NCBI GenBank assembly: GCA_017302495.1
Contig: JAFLDG010000001.1
Location: 4,528 to 68,527, forward strand
Length of the DNA: 64,000 nt
Direction: 5' to 3'
Origin: Burkholderiales bacterium
Lineage (GTDB): Bacteria > Pseudomonadota > Gammaproteobacteria > Burkholderiales > Burkholderiaceae_C
Part shown: positions 29,613 to 39,019 of the stretch, in pieces
Numbering within the stretch: the first letter of the stretch is position 1
Layout of the letters: the number at the start of each line of letters is the position of its first letter
Translations under genes and position numbers: made by a program
Notes under the pieces: model-generated
The model's database searches: none
Seen by the model: the letters and a program-made list of their open reading frames with translations, nothing else
What the model was told of the DNA's origin: nothing

Positions 29613-31171
29613 GTGCGGACATGGGCCCGGACACGAGCGCGGACTCGAAGCCCGCGCACGGTGACGGCGCCGAAAACGCGCTGCGCGCCTGGCGCACCGG
29701 CATCGACACCTACCAGGAGCCGGTCGTCTACATGCGGCCCGACTGCGCGGTCTGCCGCTCCGAGGGCTTCACGACACAGGCCCGAGTCCAGCTCACGGCG
29801 GGCGCGCACAGCATCGTGGCCACGCTCAGCGTGGTGGACGGCCCCTGGCTCGGGCATGGCATCGCGGGCCTGTCCGAAGCAGCGTGGGCTTCGCTTAACC
29901 CGCAGCCGGGCGAGTGGCTCACCGTCAGCCACGCGCCGGTCCTCGAATCGCTCAGCCATGTCCGCGCCAAGGTCTACGGCCACCGCCTCGATGCCGGTGC
30001 CTTTAGCGCCGTCATCGGCGACATCGCGGCCGGCCGCTACTCCGATCTGCACCTGGCCACCTTCATCACCGCCTGCGCGGGCGACCGCCTCGATCTCGAC
30101 GAGACCGTCTCGCTGACGCGCGCGATGATCGACGTGGGCGAACGGCTGGACTGGGGCCGCGACAGGGTCGTGGACAAGCATTGCGTCGGCGGCCTGCCGG
30201 GCAACCGCACAACGCTGCTCGTCGTGCCCATCGTCGCGGCCTGCGGGCTGACGATGCCCAAGACCTCGTCGCGCGCGATCACGTCGCCCGCCGGCACGGC
30301 GGACACGATGGAGGTGCTGGCACCGGTCGATCTCGACATCGCCGCGATGCGGCGCACGGTGGAACGAACCGGCGCCTGCATCGTCTGGGGAGGCTCGGTC
30401 CGGCTGAGCCCGGCCGACGACATCCTGATCCGCGTCGAGCGCCCGCTCGATCTCGACAGCGAGGGACAACTGGTCGCCTCCGTGTTGTCCAAGAAGGCGG
30501 CGGCCGGCTCGACGCATGTGCTGATCGACCTGCCGGTGGGGCCGACGGCCAAGGTCCGCAGCGCCGAGGCCGCGCAGACTCTCGGACGCCGCCTCATCGA
30601 GGTCGGCCGGGCCATCGGATTGCAGGTGGCGCTGCGCGTCACCGACGGCCTGCAGCCGGTCGGGCGCGGCATCGGCCCGGCGCTGGAGGCGCGCGACGTG
30701 CTGGCCGTGCTGCGCCGCGAGGCCGATGCGCCCGACGACCTGAGGCAGCGCGCCTTGCGGCTGGCCGGCGACATCCTCGAACTGGGTGGCGCGGCGCCGG
30801 AAGGCCACGGCCTGCGACTGGCGACCGAGGTTCTGGCCGACGGTCGGGCCTGGTCGCAGTTCGCCGCCATCTGCGAAGCCCAGGGCGGCCTGCGCGAGGT
30901 GCCGCTGGCGTCGCACCGGCAGGTCGTCGAGGCGCACTCGTCGGGGCGCATTGCAGCGATCGACAACCGCGTGCTGTCGCGAGCCGCCAAGCTCGCCGGC
31001 GCGCCAAAGGCACCGGCCGCCGGCGTCGACGTGCACGCCCGCCTCGGCGATGTCGTGCAAGCCGGGCAGCCGATCTTCACGTTGCATGCGCAGGCTCCGG
31101 GGGAACTGGCTTACGCCCGCCAGTACGTCGATGCCCGCCCGCCCATCTTCCGGATCTCGGAGGTGTCTTGA
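29609..31171 (+). CDS. Long-form thymidine phosphorylase family protein (archaeal AMP phosphorylase-like)
   Basis: DKHCVGGLPGNRT, PKTSSRAITSPAGTAD, SKK. Has an extra ~100-aa N-terminal domain as in archaeal AMP phosphorylase. Confidence 0.88.
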   Translation: MSADMGPDTSADSKPAHGDGAENALRAWRTGIDTYQEPVVYMRPDCAVCRSEGFTTQARVQLTAGAHSIVATLSVVDGPWLGHGIAGLSEAAWASLNPQPGEWLTVSHAPVLESLSHVRAKVYGHRLDAGAFSAVIGDIAAGRYSDLHLATFITACAGDRLDLDETVSLTRAMIDVGERLDWGRDRVVDKHCVGGLPGNRTTLLVVPIVAACGLTMPKTSSRAITSPAGTADTMEVLAPVDLDIAAMRRTVERTGACIVWGGSVRLSPADDILIRVERPLDLDSEGQLVASVLSKKAAAGSTHVLIDLPVGPTAKVRSAEAAQTLGRRLIEVGRAIGLQVALRVTDGLQPVGRGIGPALEARDVLAVLRREADAPDDLRQRALRLAGDILELGGAAPEGHGLRLATEVLADGRAWSQFAAICEAQGGLREVPLASHRQVVEAHSSGRIAAIDNRVLSRAAKLAGAPKAPAAGVDVHARLGDVVQAGQPIFTLHAQAPGELAYARQYVDARPPIFRISEVS

Positions 31172-32067
31172 GACCGATCGTCTTCCATCTGCCCGGCGAC
31201 GAGGCGTTTGCCGACCGGTTGGTGCGCGCACTGCAGGCCGAACGTGCCGGCCTGGACCTGCACCGCTTTCCGGACGGCGAGTCGCTGGTCCGGCTGGACG
31301 CCGACGTGACGGGCCGAAGCGTCGTGCTCACCTGCAGCCTCGCGCGGCCCGACGAGAAGACGCTGCCGCTGCTGTTCGCAGCCGACGCCGCGCGCGACCT
31401 CGGCGCGGCGAAGGTGCTGCTGGCGGCACCGTACCTCGCCTACCTGCGGCAGGACCGGCGCTTCCATGCCGGCGAGGCGGTGACGTCGCGCTCCTACGCG
31501 GCGCTGCTGTCGACCGCCTTCGACGCGCTCGTGACCGCCGATCCGCACCTGCACCGCTACCACGCACTCGACGAGATCTACCGCATCCCGACGCGTGTCG
31601 TGCACACGGCGCCGCTGATCGCCCGCTGGGTCGCGGCACAGGTCGAGCGCCCGCTGCTGATCGGCCCCGACTCGGAGAGCGAGCAATGGGTCGCTGAGGT
31701 CGCCGCCGCCGCCGGCGCGCCCTGGACCGTGCTGCAGAAGATCCGGCGCGGCGACCGTGACGTCGAGGTCAGCCTGCCGGACGTGTCGGCCTGGCAGGAC
31801 CGCCAGCCGGTACTGATCGACGACATCGTCTCGAGCGCACGCACCATGATCCAGGCGGTGGCCAGCGTGCGCCGCGTCGGCCTGCCGGCGCCGCTGTGCA
31901 TCGGCGTGCACGCGCTGTTCTCGCCGGGCGCGTACGAGGGACTTCTGGCCAGCGGGCCGGCCCGCGTGCTGACCTGCAACACGGTGCCGCACGCCTCCAA
32001 CGAGATCAGCGTCGTCGAGCCGATGGCGCGCGCCCTGGAAGGACTGATGGAAGCAATCGCATCGTGA
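31168..32067 (+). CDS. prs: Ribose-phosphate pyrophosphokinase family protein
   Basis: FPDGE, PYLAYLRQD, DPHLH, GPD, LIDDIVSSARTM. TTG start overlaps the previous stop. Confidence 0.85.
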   Translation: MRPIVFHLPGDEAFADRLVRALQAERAGLDLHRFPDGESLVRLDADVTGRSVVLTCSLARPDEKTLPLLFAADAARDLGAAKVLLAAPYLAYLRQDRRFHAGEAVTSRSYAALLSTAFDALVTADPHLHRYHALDEIYRIPTRVVHTAPLIARWVAAQVERPLLIGPDSESEQWVAEVAAAAGAPWTVLQKIRRGDRDVEVSLPDVSAWQDRQPVLIDDIVSSARTMIQAVASVRRVGLPAPLCIGVHALFSPGAYEGLLASGPARVLTCNTVPHASNEISVVEPMARALEGLMEAIAS

Positions 32068-32603
32068 ACAACCCTCGACCGTCGCTTGTCTGGCGGCTGT
32101 GGCTCCTCATCGCGCAGGTGATCGCGGTGTCGGCGGGTCTGCTGATCGCTTGGAGGGCGTTCGGGTCCGAGCCCGCAGCGCCGGCCCGCCCCGACGTCGT
32201 GGCGCTTCGTGAGGCGCCTCATGCCGACCTGCCGGTTTTCGCACCTGACGGCAAGGCCGTCGTGACACGCCTCGAGGAGGGTTTCCGGGCCGCAGCGGCC
32301 AAGGCCTCGGCCTCGGTCGTCAACGTCTACACGCGCAAGGCACCACCACGACAACTGCCCGGCTGGCTGCGGCCCTATGGCGGCTCCGACGAGGAGGCGG
32401 CGCAGGGCCAATCCAGCCTCGGCTCCGGCGTCATCGTGGCCGCCCAGGGTTTCATCCTGACCAACAACCACGTCGTCGAGGGCGCCGACGAGACCGCCGC
32501 GCTGAGCCCCGGCACCCAGGCGCAGTTCAGGATCCTGCGCGGCCGCGAGGCCGTCTCGCTGGTGGTCGAGCTGGGCCAGCGCCCGGTCACGCGCAAGCCA
32601 TGA
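32064..32603 (+). pseudogene. HtrA/DegP-family protease with a large in-frame internal deletion
   Basis: TM anchor and SLGSGVIV...ILTNNHVVEGADE are joined directly to a PDZ-tail-like AALSPGTQAQFRILRG. The catalytic Asp, Ser (GNSGG) and most of the PDZ are missing. Confidence 0.75.
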
Positions 32604-32615
32604 TGGAGACATCCC

Positions 32616-33230
32616 GTGCTGCGCGGCGCGCTCGAATCGGGGCTGATGCGCACATTGCTGCGACGGGCCGACAGCCGTGCGTTCCCCGTGGTGGTCGGCA
32701 CCGTGGCGATCGCCGCGACACTGTCGATGTCCGTGCCCTTCGCAACCCTGCTGGTGGCGGCGGTGCTGATGGCGCGGCGCCGCTGGGGCGCGATCGCCGT
32801 AGGGGCCAGTCTTGGCGCAGCGCTGGGCGCTGCCGTGCTGTACCTGATGTTCCACCACCTCGGCTGGACCCGGCTGCTTGCCGCCTACCCCGACGTCGTG
32901 CGCTCGTCCGCCTGGAGCGACGCCACCGGCTGGTTGTCTGCCTACGGCGTCGTGGCCCTGCTCGTCATCGCCGCCACGCCGCTGCCGCTGACGCCGGCGC
33001 TGATGTTCGCCGGCATCTCGAGGCTGCCGATCGTCGAGGTGGTGCTTGCGCTGTGGATCGGCAAGCTCGCGAAGTACCTTGTGTATGCGTGGCTGGCCTC
33101 GCGCTTTCCGGAACGTGCGCTGCGGCGCGGTCAGCGGCATGCCGAAGCACTGCGCGTCATCGTCGCCCGTGCCCTGTCGACCGCGCCGGCTCAGCGGGAC
33201 GACACCACATCGTCAAGGGGACGGCGGTGA
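32616..33230 (+). CDS. DedA/VTT-like membrane protein
   Basis: Hydrophobic, with GAALGAAVLY, YGVVALLVIAATPLP and GKLAKY. Start uncertain. Confidence 0.65.
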   Translation: MLRGALESGLMRTLLRRADSRAFPVVVGTVAIAATLSMSVPFATLLVAAVLMARRRWGAIAVGASLGAALGAAVLYLMFHHLGWTRLLAAYPDVVRSSAWSDATGWLSAYGVVALLVIAATPLPLTPALMFAGISRLPIVEVVLALWIGKLAKYLVYAWLASRFPERALRRGQRHAEALRVIVARALSTAPAQRDDTTSSRGRR

Positions 33231-33288
33231 CGACGCCCGGTGACTCGCGCGCCCACCCGATCGCCGCGCTCCTGCAGGAGGCCTGCTG

Positions 33289-33960
33289 ATGTGCTTCTCG
33301 GCGCAAGCCAGCTTCACCGCCGGCACCGCGTTGCTGATCGTCGGCGCAGCCACCGTGCGGCGTGCGCGTGTTCGCTCGGAACTGCCGTACGCCTGGATTC
33401 CGGTCCTCTTCGGCATCCAGCAGCTGCTCGAAGGCGCGCTCTGGCTGACCTTCCCGGACCGCGCGCCGCTGCTCAACACGGTGCTGACGCACGCCTACTC
33501 GTTCTTCTCGCACGTGCTGTGGCCGATCTACGTGCCGCTGGCCGCGCTGGCGCTGGAGACCGTGCGCTGGCGGCGGCGGTTACTGATCGCCATCGCCATC
33601 GCCGGCAGCGCCGTGGGGCTGTACCTGCTGGCCACGCTGTTCAAGCTGCCGATCGTCGCCACGGTGACCGGCCGGCATATCGCCTACGAGTCGCCGCACT
33701 TCTATGCGCTGGCCGCGATGTCGCTGTACCTGCTGGGCACCTGCGCGAGCCTGATGTTCTCCAGCCACGCGCGGGTGGTCGCCTTCGGCGTCGCCGCGTT
33801 CGTCTCCGCGGTGGCGGCCTACGCCTTCTACGCCACCTGGTTCATCTCGGTGTGGTGCTTCTTCGCCGGAGTCCTCAGCGTCATCGTGCTCCTGTACTTC
33901 GCCGATGCGCGCCGGACCGCGCGGGTCCGCGGCGCGGCACGGGAACTGGAGGCACATTGA
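33289..33960 (+). CDS. Multi-TM membrane protein of the MCFSA..SF family (DUF6629-like)
   Basis: MCFSAQASF, FGIQQLLEG.LW, FISVWCFFA. AGGAGG RBS. Confidence 0.75.
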   Translation: MCFSAQASFTAGTALLIVGAATVRRARVRSELPYAWIPVLFGIQQLLEGALWLTFPDRAPLLNTVLTHAYSFFSHVLWPIYVPLAALALETVRWRRRLLIAIAIAGSAVGLYLLATLFKLPIVATVTGRHIAYESPHFYALAAMSLYLLGTCASLMFSSHARVVAFGVAAFVSAVAAYAFYATWFISVWCFFAGVLSVIVLLYFADARRTARVRGAARELEAH

Positions 33961-34658
33961 TGGACCGGACAAAGGGCTTCACGCCCGCGCTCGGCTTTCA
34001 CGCGCTCACGCCGCTGTACGACCGCGTGGTGGCACTGACCACACGCGAACGGACTATCAAGCGGGCGCTGCTCGACCAGGCGGCCATCGAGCCGGGCCAG
34101 CAGGTGCTGGACGTGGGCTGCGGCACCGGCACGCTGGTCATCGCGGCGCAGCGCCGACACCCGGGCGTGCAGGTGTCGGCACTCGACGCCGACCCCGCGG
34201 TCCTCGCCATCGCGGCGCGCAAGGCACGGCACGCCGGCGCCGACATCGCGTTCGACCTGGGCCGCTCTTCCGCCCTGCCGTATGCCGACGGACGTTTCGA
34301 CCGCGTGCTGTCGAGCCACTTCTTCCACCACCTGCCGTGGGGCGACAAGCTGCTGACCGCGCAGCAGATGCACCGCGTGCTGCGTACTGGCGGGGAACTG
34401 CACGTCGCCGACTGGGGCCGCGCGGGCGGCCCGGCCAGCCGCGCCGCGTTCCTGGCGGTGCAGCTTCTCGACGGCTTCGACACCACGAGCGACAACGTCG
34501 CCGGACTGCTGCCGGTGCTGTTCGGGTCCGTGGGTTTCCGCCAGGTCGAGGAAACACGCCGCTTCGCCACCGCCTTCGGCATCATCTCGCTGTACCGGGC
34601 CGTGAAGGGCGGTGCCGCGCCGCGACGGGCCGGCCCAGCGAGACAGGGGTTGCCCTGA
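33960..34658 (+). CDS. Class I SAM-dependent methyltransferase
   Basis: VLDVGCGTG, LPYADGRFD, RVLRTGG. Confidence 0.88.
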   Translation: MDRTKGFTPALGFHALTPLYDRVVALTTRERTIKRALLDQAAIEPGQQVLDVGCGTGTLVIAAQRRHPGVQVSALDADPAVLAIAARKARHAGADIAFDLGRSSALPYADGRFDRVLSSHFFHHLPWGDKLLTAQQMHRVLRTGGELHVADWGRAGGPASRAAFLAVQLLDGFDTTSDNVAGLLPVLFGSVGFRQVEETRRFATAFGIISLYRAVKGGAAPRRAGPARQGLP

Positions 34659-34659
34659 C

Positions 34660-36276
34660 ATGGCCGATACCTCGCAGGCCCACTCCCGGCCGCTGCCGCG
34701 CCGCTCTGCGCTGTGGCGCGCGCTGCGCATCAGCCGGGCGTTCATTGGCTTCGTGTGCTGGTGGGGCTGGCACCGCGGCGTGATGCGCTGCGACGACCAG
34801 CGCGCGGCCGAACACTTCGCGGCCCTATTGCAGAGGCTGGGCACGACCTTCGTCAAGCTCGGCCAGCACCTGAGCCTGCGCGCCGACCTGCTGCCCGAGG
34901 CGGCGCAGCAGGCCCTGGCGCGGCTGCAGGACCACGTCGGAGCCTTTCCGTCCCAGCAGGCACTGCAGGCTGTCGAATCCGCGTTCGGCCGCTGCTGCTC
35001 GCGGCTGTTCGCGCGCTTCGACCTGGCGCCGCTGGCGGCGGCGTCGGTGGCGCAAATCCACCGCGCCGCGCTGCTCGACGGCACCGAGGTGATCGTCAAG
35101 ATCCGGCGGCCAGGCGCCGCCGAGGCCGTCGCATCCGACATGCGCATCCTGCACATGGTGGCCACCGTGGCGCAGGCCCTGCTGCCACCGCTGCGGCGCT
35201 GGGGTCTCGTGGCGATCGTCGACGAGATCGCCGGCAACCTGCGGCTCGAGATGGACCTCGCACGCGAGGCCCGCTTCGTGCGACGCTTTGCCGATGCATG
35301 GCGTGGATCGCCCGACATCGTCATCCCCGACGTGATCGACGGTCTGTACACACCTTCGGTGATGGTGCAGCGCTTCAGCAGCGGTGTGCGCATCGACGCC
35401 GTCGCCGCACCCGAGCGCGAGGCCTGCGCGCGCCGCCTCGTCGACAGCTACGTGACTCAACTCTTCGAGCACGGCCTGTTCCACGGCGATCCCCATCCGG
35501 GCAATCTGTTCGTCGTGGCCGACGGGCGCGTCTGCCTCCACGATTTCGGCATCGTCGGCCGCCTGGACCGGCGCCTGCGCCGCGCGCTGACGGCGTTCGC
35601 GCTCGCTTTCGTCGAGCAGGATGCCGACTGGGTGGTGGACGCCTGGCTCGATCTGGGCCTGGTGGGCAACCAGGTGGAGCGCCGCGCCTTCCTGCCGGTG
35701 GTGCAGTCGTTGCTGGCCGAGGGTGCAGAGCGGCCGCTGCGCGAATGGTCACTGCCGGCCGCACTCGGACGGCTGGTCGCCGCCGGTCGTTCACAAGCCC
35801 TGCGCCTGCCCACGGACCTGCTCGTGCTGACACGCACGATGCTGCTCCTCGAAGGCACGGTGCGCGCACTGGCACCGGGGTTCTCGATCTTCGAGACGCT
35901 GTCGCGTCACGCCGCGGCCGGCTCGATGCACCAGGCACCGCAGCATGAAGCGTCGAAGCGCCTCGCTTTCGAGATGGGCAGCGCGGCGAGCGACCTGTCT
36001 GCACTGGTGGCCCGGCGGTTGCACGGCGCTCTCGCCCGCGAGCGGCTGTTCGAGATCGCGATCGTGCCCGACGCGCGCCTGCAGGAGGGCGTCGAGCGTG
36101 CCAGCCGCCGCGTCGCGCTCGCGCTGGTGACGCTCGGGCTGTACATTGCCTCCAGCCTGCTGATGCAGCACGCCGTGGGCCCGCAGTGGGGCGGCATGCC
36201 GTTGCTCGCGCTGGCAGGCTATGCGCTCGCCATCCGATTCACGTTCTCCATCGCCGGCGGGCACGCGCGGCGCTGA
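34660..36276 (+). CDS. ABC1/AarF/UbiB atypical kinase
   Basis: FVKLGQ, AAASVAQIH, VKIRRP, FHGDPHPGN, DFG; two C-terminal TMs. Confidence 0.88.
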   Translation: MADTSQAHSRPLPRRSALWRALRISRAFIGFVCWWGWHRGVMRCDDQRAAEHFAALLQRLGTTFVKLGQHLSLRADLLPEAAQQALARLQDHVGAFPSQQALQAVESAFGRCCSRLFARFDLAPLAAASVAQIHRAALLDGTEVIVKIRRPGAAEAVASDMRILHMVATVAQALLPPLRRWGLVAIVDEIAGNLRLEMDLAREARFVRRFADAWRGSPDIVIPDVIDGLYTPSVMVQRFSSGVRIDAVAAPEREACARRLVDSYVTQLFEHGLFHGDPHPGNLFVVADGRVCLHDFGIVGRLDRRLRRALTAFALAFVEQDADWVVDAWLDLGLVGNQVERRAFLPVVQSLLAEGAERPLREWSLPAALGRLVAAGRSQALRLPTDLLVLTRTMLLLEGTVRALAPGFSIFETLSRHAAAGSMHQAPQHEASKRLAFEMGSAASDLSALVARRLHGALARERLFEIAIVPDARLQEGVERASRRVALALVTLGLYIASSLLMQHAVGPQWGGMPLLALAGYALAIRFTFSIAGGHARR

Positions 36277-36441
36277 CGATCAGGGCTGCCGCCAGTTGCT
36301 GCGAGGTCATCGGCAAGCGCTCCCGCCGGCGCGCTTCGCCCGCAGGACGACATGGCGCTCGCCGGCCTGGCCGACATGCCCGACGACTATCGGCTGCCGG
36401 TCGCGGCCCGGGCCGGTCGCGATCGGGTAGACGCGAAGAAA

Positions 36442-36519
36442 GACGCGACCGCTCGTCGGGCGGTCGCGCCCGCCGATGAGCTTCAGCAGCGTCGTCTTGC
36501 CGGAGCTCGCGGGGCCGAT
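36442..36519 (-). pseudogene. Remnant of an ABC transporter ATP-binding gene
   Basis: Translates IGPASSGKTTLLKLIGGRDRPTSGRV (LolD/MacB-like Walker A region). It is out of frame with the ATG at 36527 and no further ABC motifs follow. Confidence 0.6.
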
Positions 36520-36523
36520 CGGG

Positions 36524-39019
36524 TCATCGCGCCGTCATCACGGTGTGCGGATCGCCGAGCCCGCGCACCGCGGCCCATTCGTCGGCGCCAAGCACTTGCG
36601 CCGCATCGACGCCGAGCGCGGAAGCAGCCTCGGCCGCCACGTGCGCCCAGGTGCAGCGGTTCGCGAACAGCATGCCGGCGACATCCAGCGTGCCGCCCCG
36701 CGCGACATAACCCAGCGCGCGGGTCCGCCGCGGCCCGGCATCGATGCGGCGCAACACGCCGAGCGTCGGCTCCGGCCGCATATGCGAGACGATGACACGC
36801 GCTGTGGCCGCGGCGGGGAACAGCTTCTCCAGCGCCGCCTCGCTGGCGACGAAGTGGCGCTCGCGCTCGTCGCGCGGCAGCCGGAAGCGGCCGGGCTCCA
36901 CGACGCAGGTGACCGCAGTGCGATGCCCGGCGGCATCGAGTCGGTCGGCCGCCAGCAGCGCCTGCTGCAACTGGTACGCGCCGATGGCGATCAGCAGCAC
37001 CTCGGGCCCTTCGGGCACCCGGCAGGCCTTCACCACGCACGCGCCTTCTTCGACCAGGCGCTGCGCCTGCTCGCCGGTCAGCCGGTTGGCCATCGGCCGC
37101 TTGGGCACGACGAGGGTCCAGAACTGCCCATGGGTGCCGTAGGCGGCACGCAATGCGGCTGCCGCGCTGTTCGCATCGACCGGGAACAGCACGCGCGCGG
37201 TGTCGGACATCTCGCCCAGCAGCGCCTCCGCCAGCGTCGGGTCCTGGTGCGACTGCTCGTTCTTGCCGTTCTCCCAGGTGTGCGAGGTGGCGACCGTGAC
37301 GACCGACAGCCAGCCCGGCGGGTTGCCCGCTTCCGCCTGATGGCGGGCGAATAGGATCTCCTGGCGCAGTGCGCCGAGCATCTTGACGGCGAAGGCTTCG
37401 TAGGAGACCACGAGATTGATGCCGCCCTTGTTGCCCAGCGCCGCGCTGACCACCGCCTCCTCGTTGAGGGCGGTGATCACCGCGCCGTCCACCGCTTCGG
37501 CCAGGCCGGGCTCGGGCGCGAAGACGCGGTGCTTCAGCAGGTCCAGCGTCTGGCCCATCCGGTTGCTGCGCAACTCGTCGGGGTTGCCGACGCGTGGGCG
37601 CAACTGGGGGTTGGCCTGCACTATGGCGGCGAACGCCGCATCCAGCGCGCCCATCGGTGACACCTGGCCCGCGCCGACCGCGTGCCACTGCGCCGCCGGC
37701 ATCGCGGGCGCAACGACGCGTCTTTGTGCCAGCGGGTGGTCGCGCTCGAGCGGACGCTGCTGATCCCGATGACGGCAGAGAGCGGCCAGCGCCTCGTCGA
37801 GTTCGGCGGCCGGTACGAACAGCGCACGTGCACCCTCGTTGAACTGCTGCCGCGCGACCGCGTCGACGCGTGGATTTCCGGCCAGCGGCAGGTTGTGGGC
37901 GGCGTTGGTCCCCGCCCCCGGAAAGCCGAAGCCCTTCGGTGCCTCGGCGACGGCATAGTGCAGCGGCACCGGATAGCGGATGCTCCCGGCTGTGACCGCG
38001 GCCGCGCAGGCCGCCAGCCGCTCCTCCATCGCGTGCACGGCCCACGCGAACGCGGCCGGGTCGGTGCCGTCGATCTCCATCGGATCGAATCCGTTCAGGC
38101 GCAGGTGCTGCCGGAACCACGCCTGGCCGCCCTGCTGCTGCATCGTGCTGCGCTGCTCGATGCGGCGTCCGTTGAGGATCATGAACGGGGCGACAAAGCC
38201 GCAGTCCTCGGCGCGCCACCAGCGCGGGGCCCAGTCGCTGCCGCGCTGCTCCTCGAAGGCACCGTCGCTGAGGAACACCACCAGCCGCTCGCCCGGCAGC
38301 GGCATGTGCACGTACTGCAGTTCCGCGAAGCCGAGGTAACCGCCCTCGGACAGACCACCGGCGGTGTTCGGCCCGACGTGGCTGCCCAGCGGCGAGGCCG
38401 GCCGCCCGGCCGCGTCGATCGCGTAGCTGTAGAAGTCGCGGGCGAAGCGCGTCAGACCGCCCTCGCTGCGGTCGTAGCGCTCGGCGTGGCGCGGCGTCAT
38501 GTTGCCCACCAGAAGGTTGCAGGCGTCGATGCCGGCCACGCAGTGGCCCTGGCCCATCAGCCAGCCGCGCGTCAGGCCGCTGAGCGCGTTCGCGGCGAGG
38601 TAGCCGACGTAGGCCGGCACGATGTTCAGCGAGCCGCCGGTGTGGCCCTCGGGCGTCTCCTTGAAGTCCTCGGCTGCCATCTCGCGCCCGTCGGGATGGA
38701 CCTTGTCGGCGTAGGTCATGTGCACGGTCAGCCACATACCGGCTGCCGCGAGACGATCCGCGGCCCGCAGCGTGCGGTAGACGCTCGCCGTGTCGCCGAC
38801 CTTGCCGCCGGCGAGCAGCACCTGCGCCAGGTCGTGAACGCGCAGTTGCGTCAGGTCGTTGTGCACTATGGGTCCGTAGCCGTGCGCCCATCGGGCGAAC
38901 TCGGCGTCGGACTCGCGGAACAGCCGCACGCGCTCGGCGACCCAGGGAAGGTTGTTGTCCATCGTCTGTCCCTTGCTGTACTGGACAATGCGCGGAGGGC
39001 CTGGGCGGCGCGTTGTCAC
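36524..39019 (-). CDS. Phosphoketolase-like TPP-dependent enzyme
   Basis: EGHTGG, GQGH, EGGYLG, SDGAFE, NPDELRSNR, LNEE, SYEAF, NEQSHQDP. Start at 39019 (GTGA overlap) or 38962. Confidence 0.8.
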   Translation of the reverse strand: MTTRRPGPPRIVQYSKGQTMDNNLPWVAERVRLFRESDAEFARWAHGYGPIVHNDLTQLRVHDLAQVLLAGGKVGDTASVYRTLRAADRLAAAGMWLTVHMTYADKVHPDGREMAAEDFKETPEGHTGGSLNIVPAYVGYLAANALSGLTRGWLMGQGHCVAGIDACNLLVGNMTPRHAERYDRSEGGLTRFARDFYSYAIDAAGRPASPLGSHVGPNTAGGLSEGGYLGFAELQYVHMPLPGERLVVFLSDGAFEEQRGSDWAPRWWRAEDCGFVAPFMILNGRRIEQRSTMQQQGGQAWFRQHLRLNGFDPMEIDGTDPAAFAWAVHAMEERLAACAAAVTAGSIRYPVPLHYAVAEAPKGFGFPGAGTNAAHNLPLAGNPRVDAVARQQFNEGARALFVPAAELDEALAALCRHRDQQRPLERDHPLAQRRVVAPAMPAAQWHAVGAGQVSPMGALDAAFAAIVQANPQLRPRVGNPDELRSNRMGQTLDLLKHRVFAPEPGLAEAVDGAVITALNEEAVVSAALGNKGGINLVVSYEAFAVKMLGALRQEILFARHQAEAGNPPGWLSVVTVATSHTWENGKNEQSHQDPTLAEALLGEMSDTARVLFPVDANSAAAALRAAYGTHGQFWTLVVPKRPMANRLTGEQAQRLVEEGACVVKACRVPEGPEVLLIAIGAYQLQQALLAADRLDAAGHRTAVTCVVEPGRFRLPRDERERHFVASEAALEKLFPAAATARVIVSHMRPEPTLGVLRRIDAGPRRTRALGYVARGGTLDVAGMLFANRCTWAHVAAEAASALGVDAAQVLGADEWAAVRGLGDPHTVMTAR

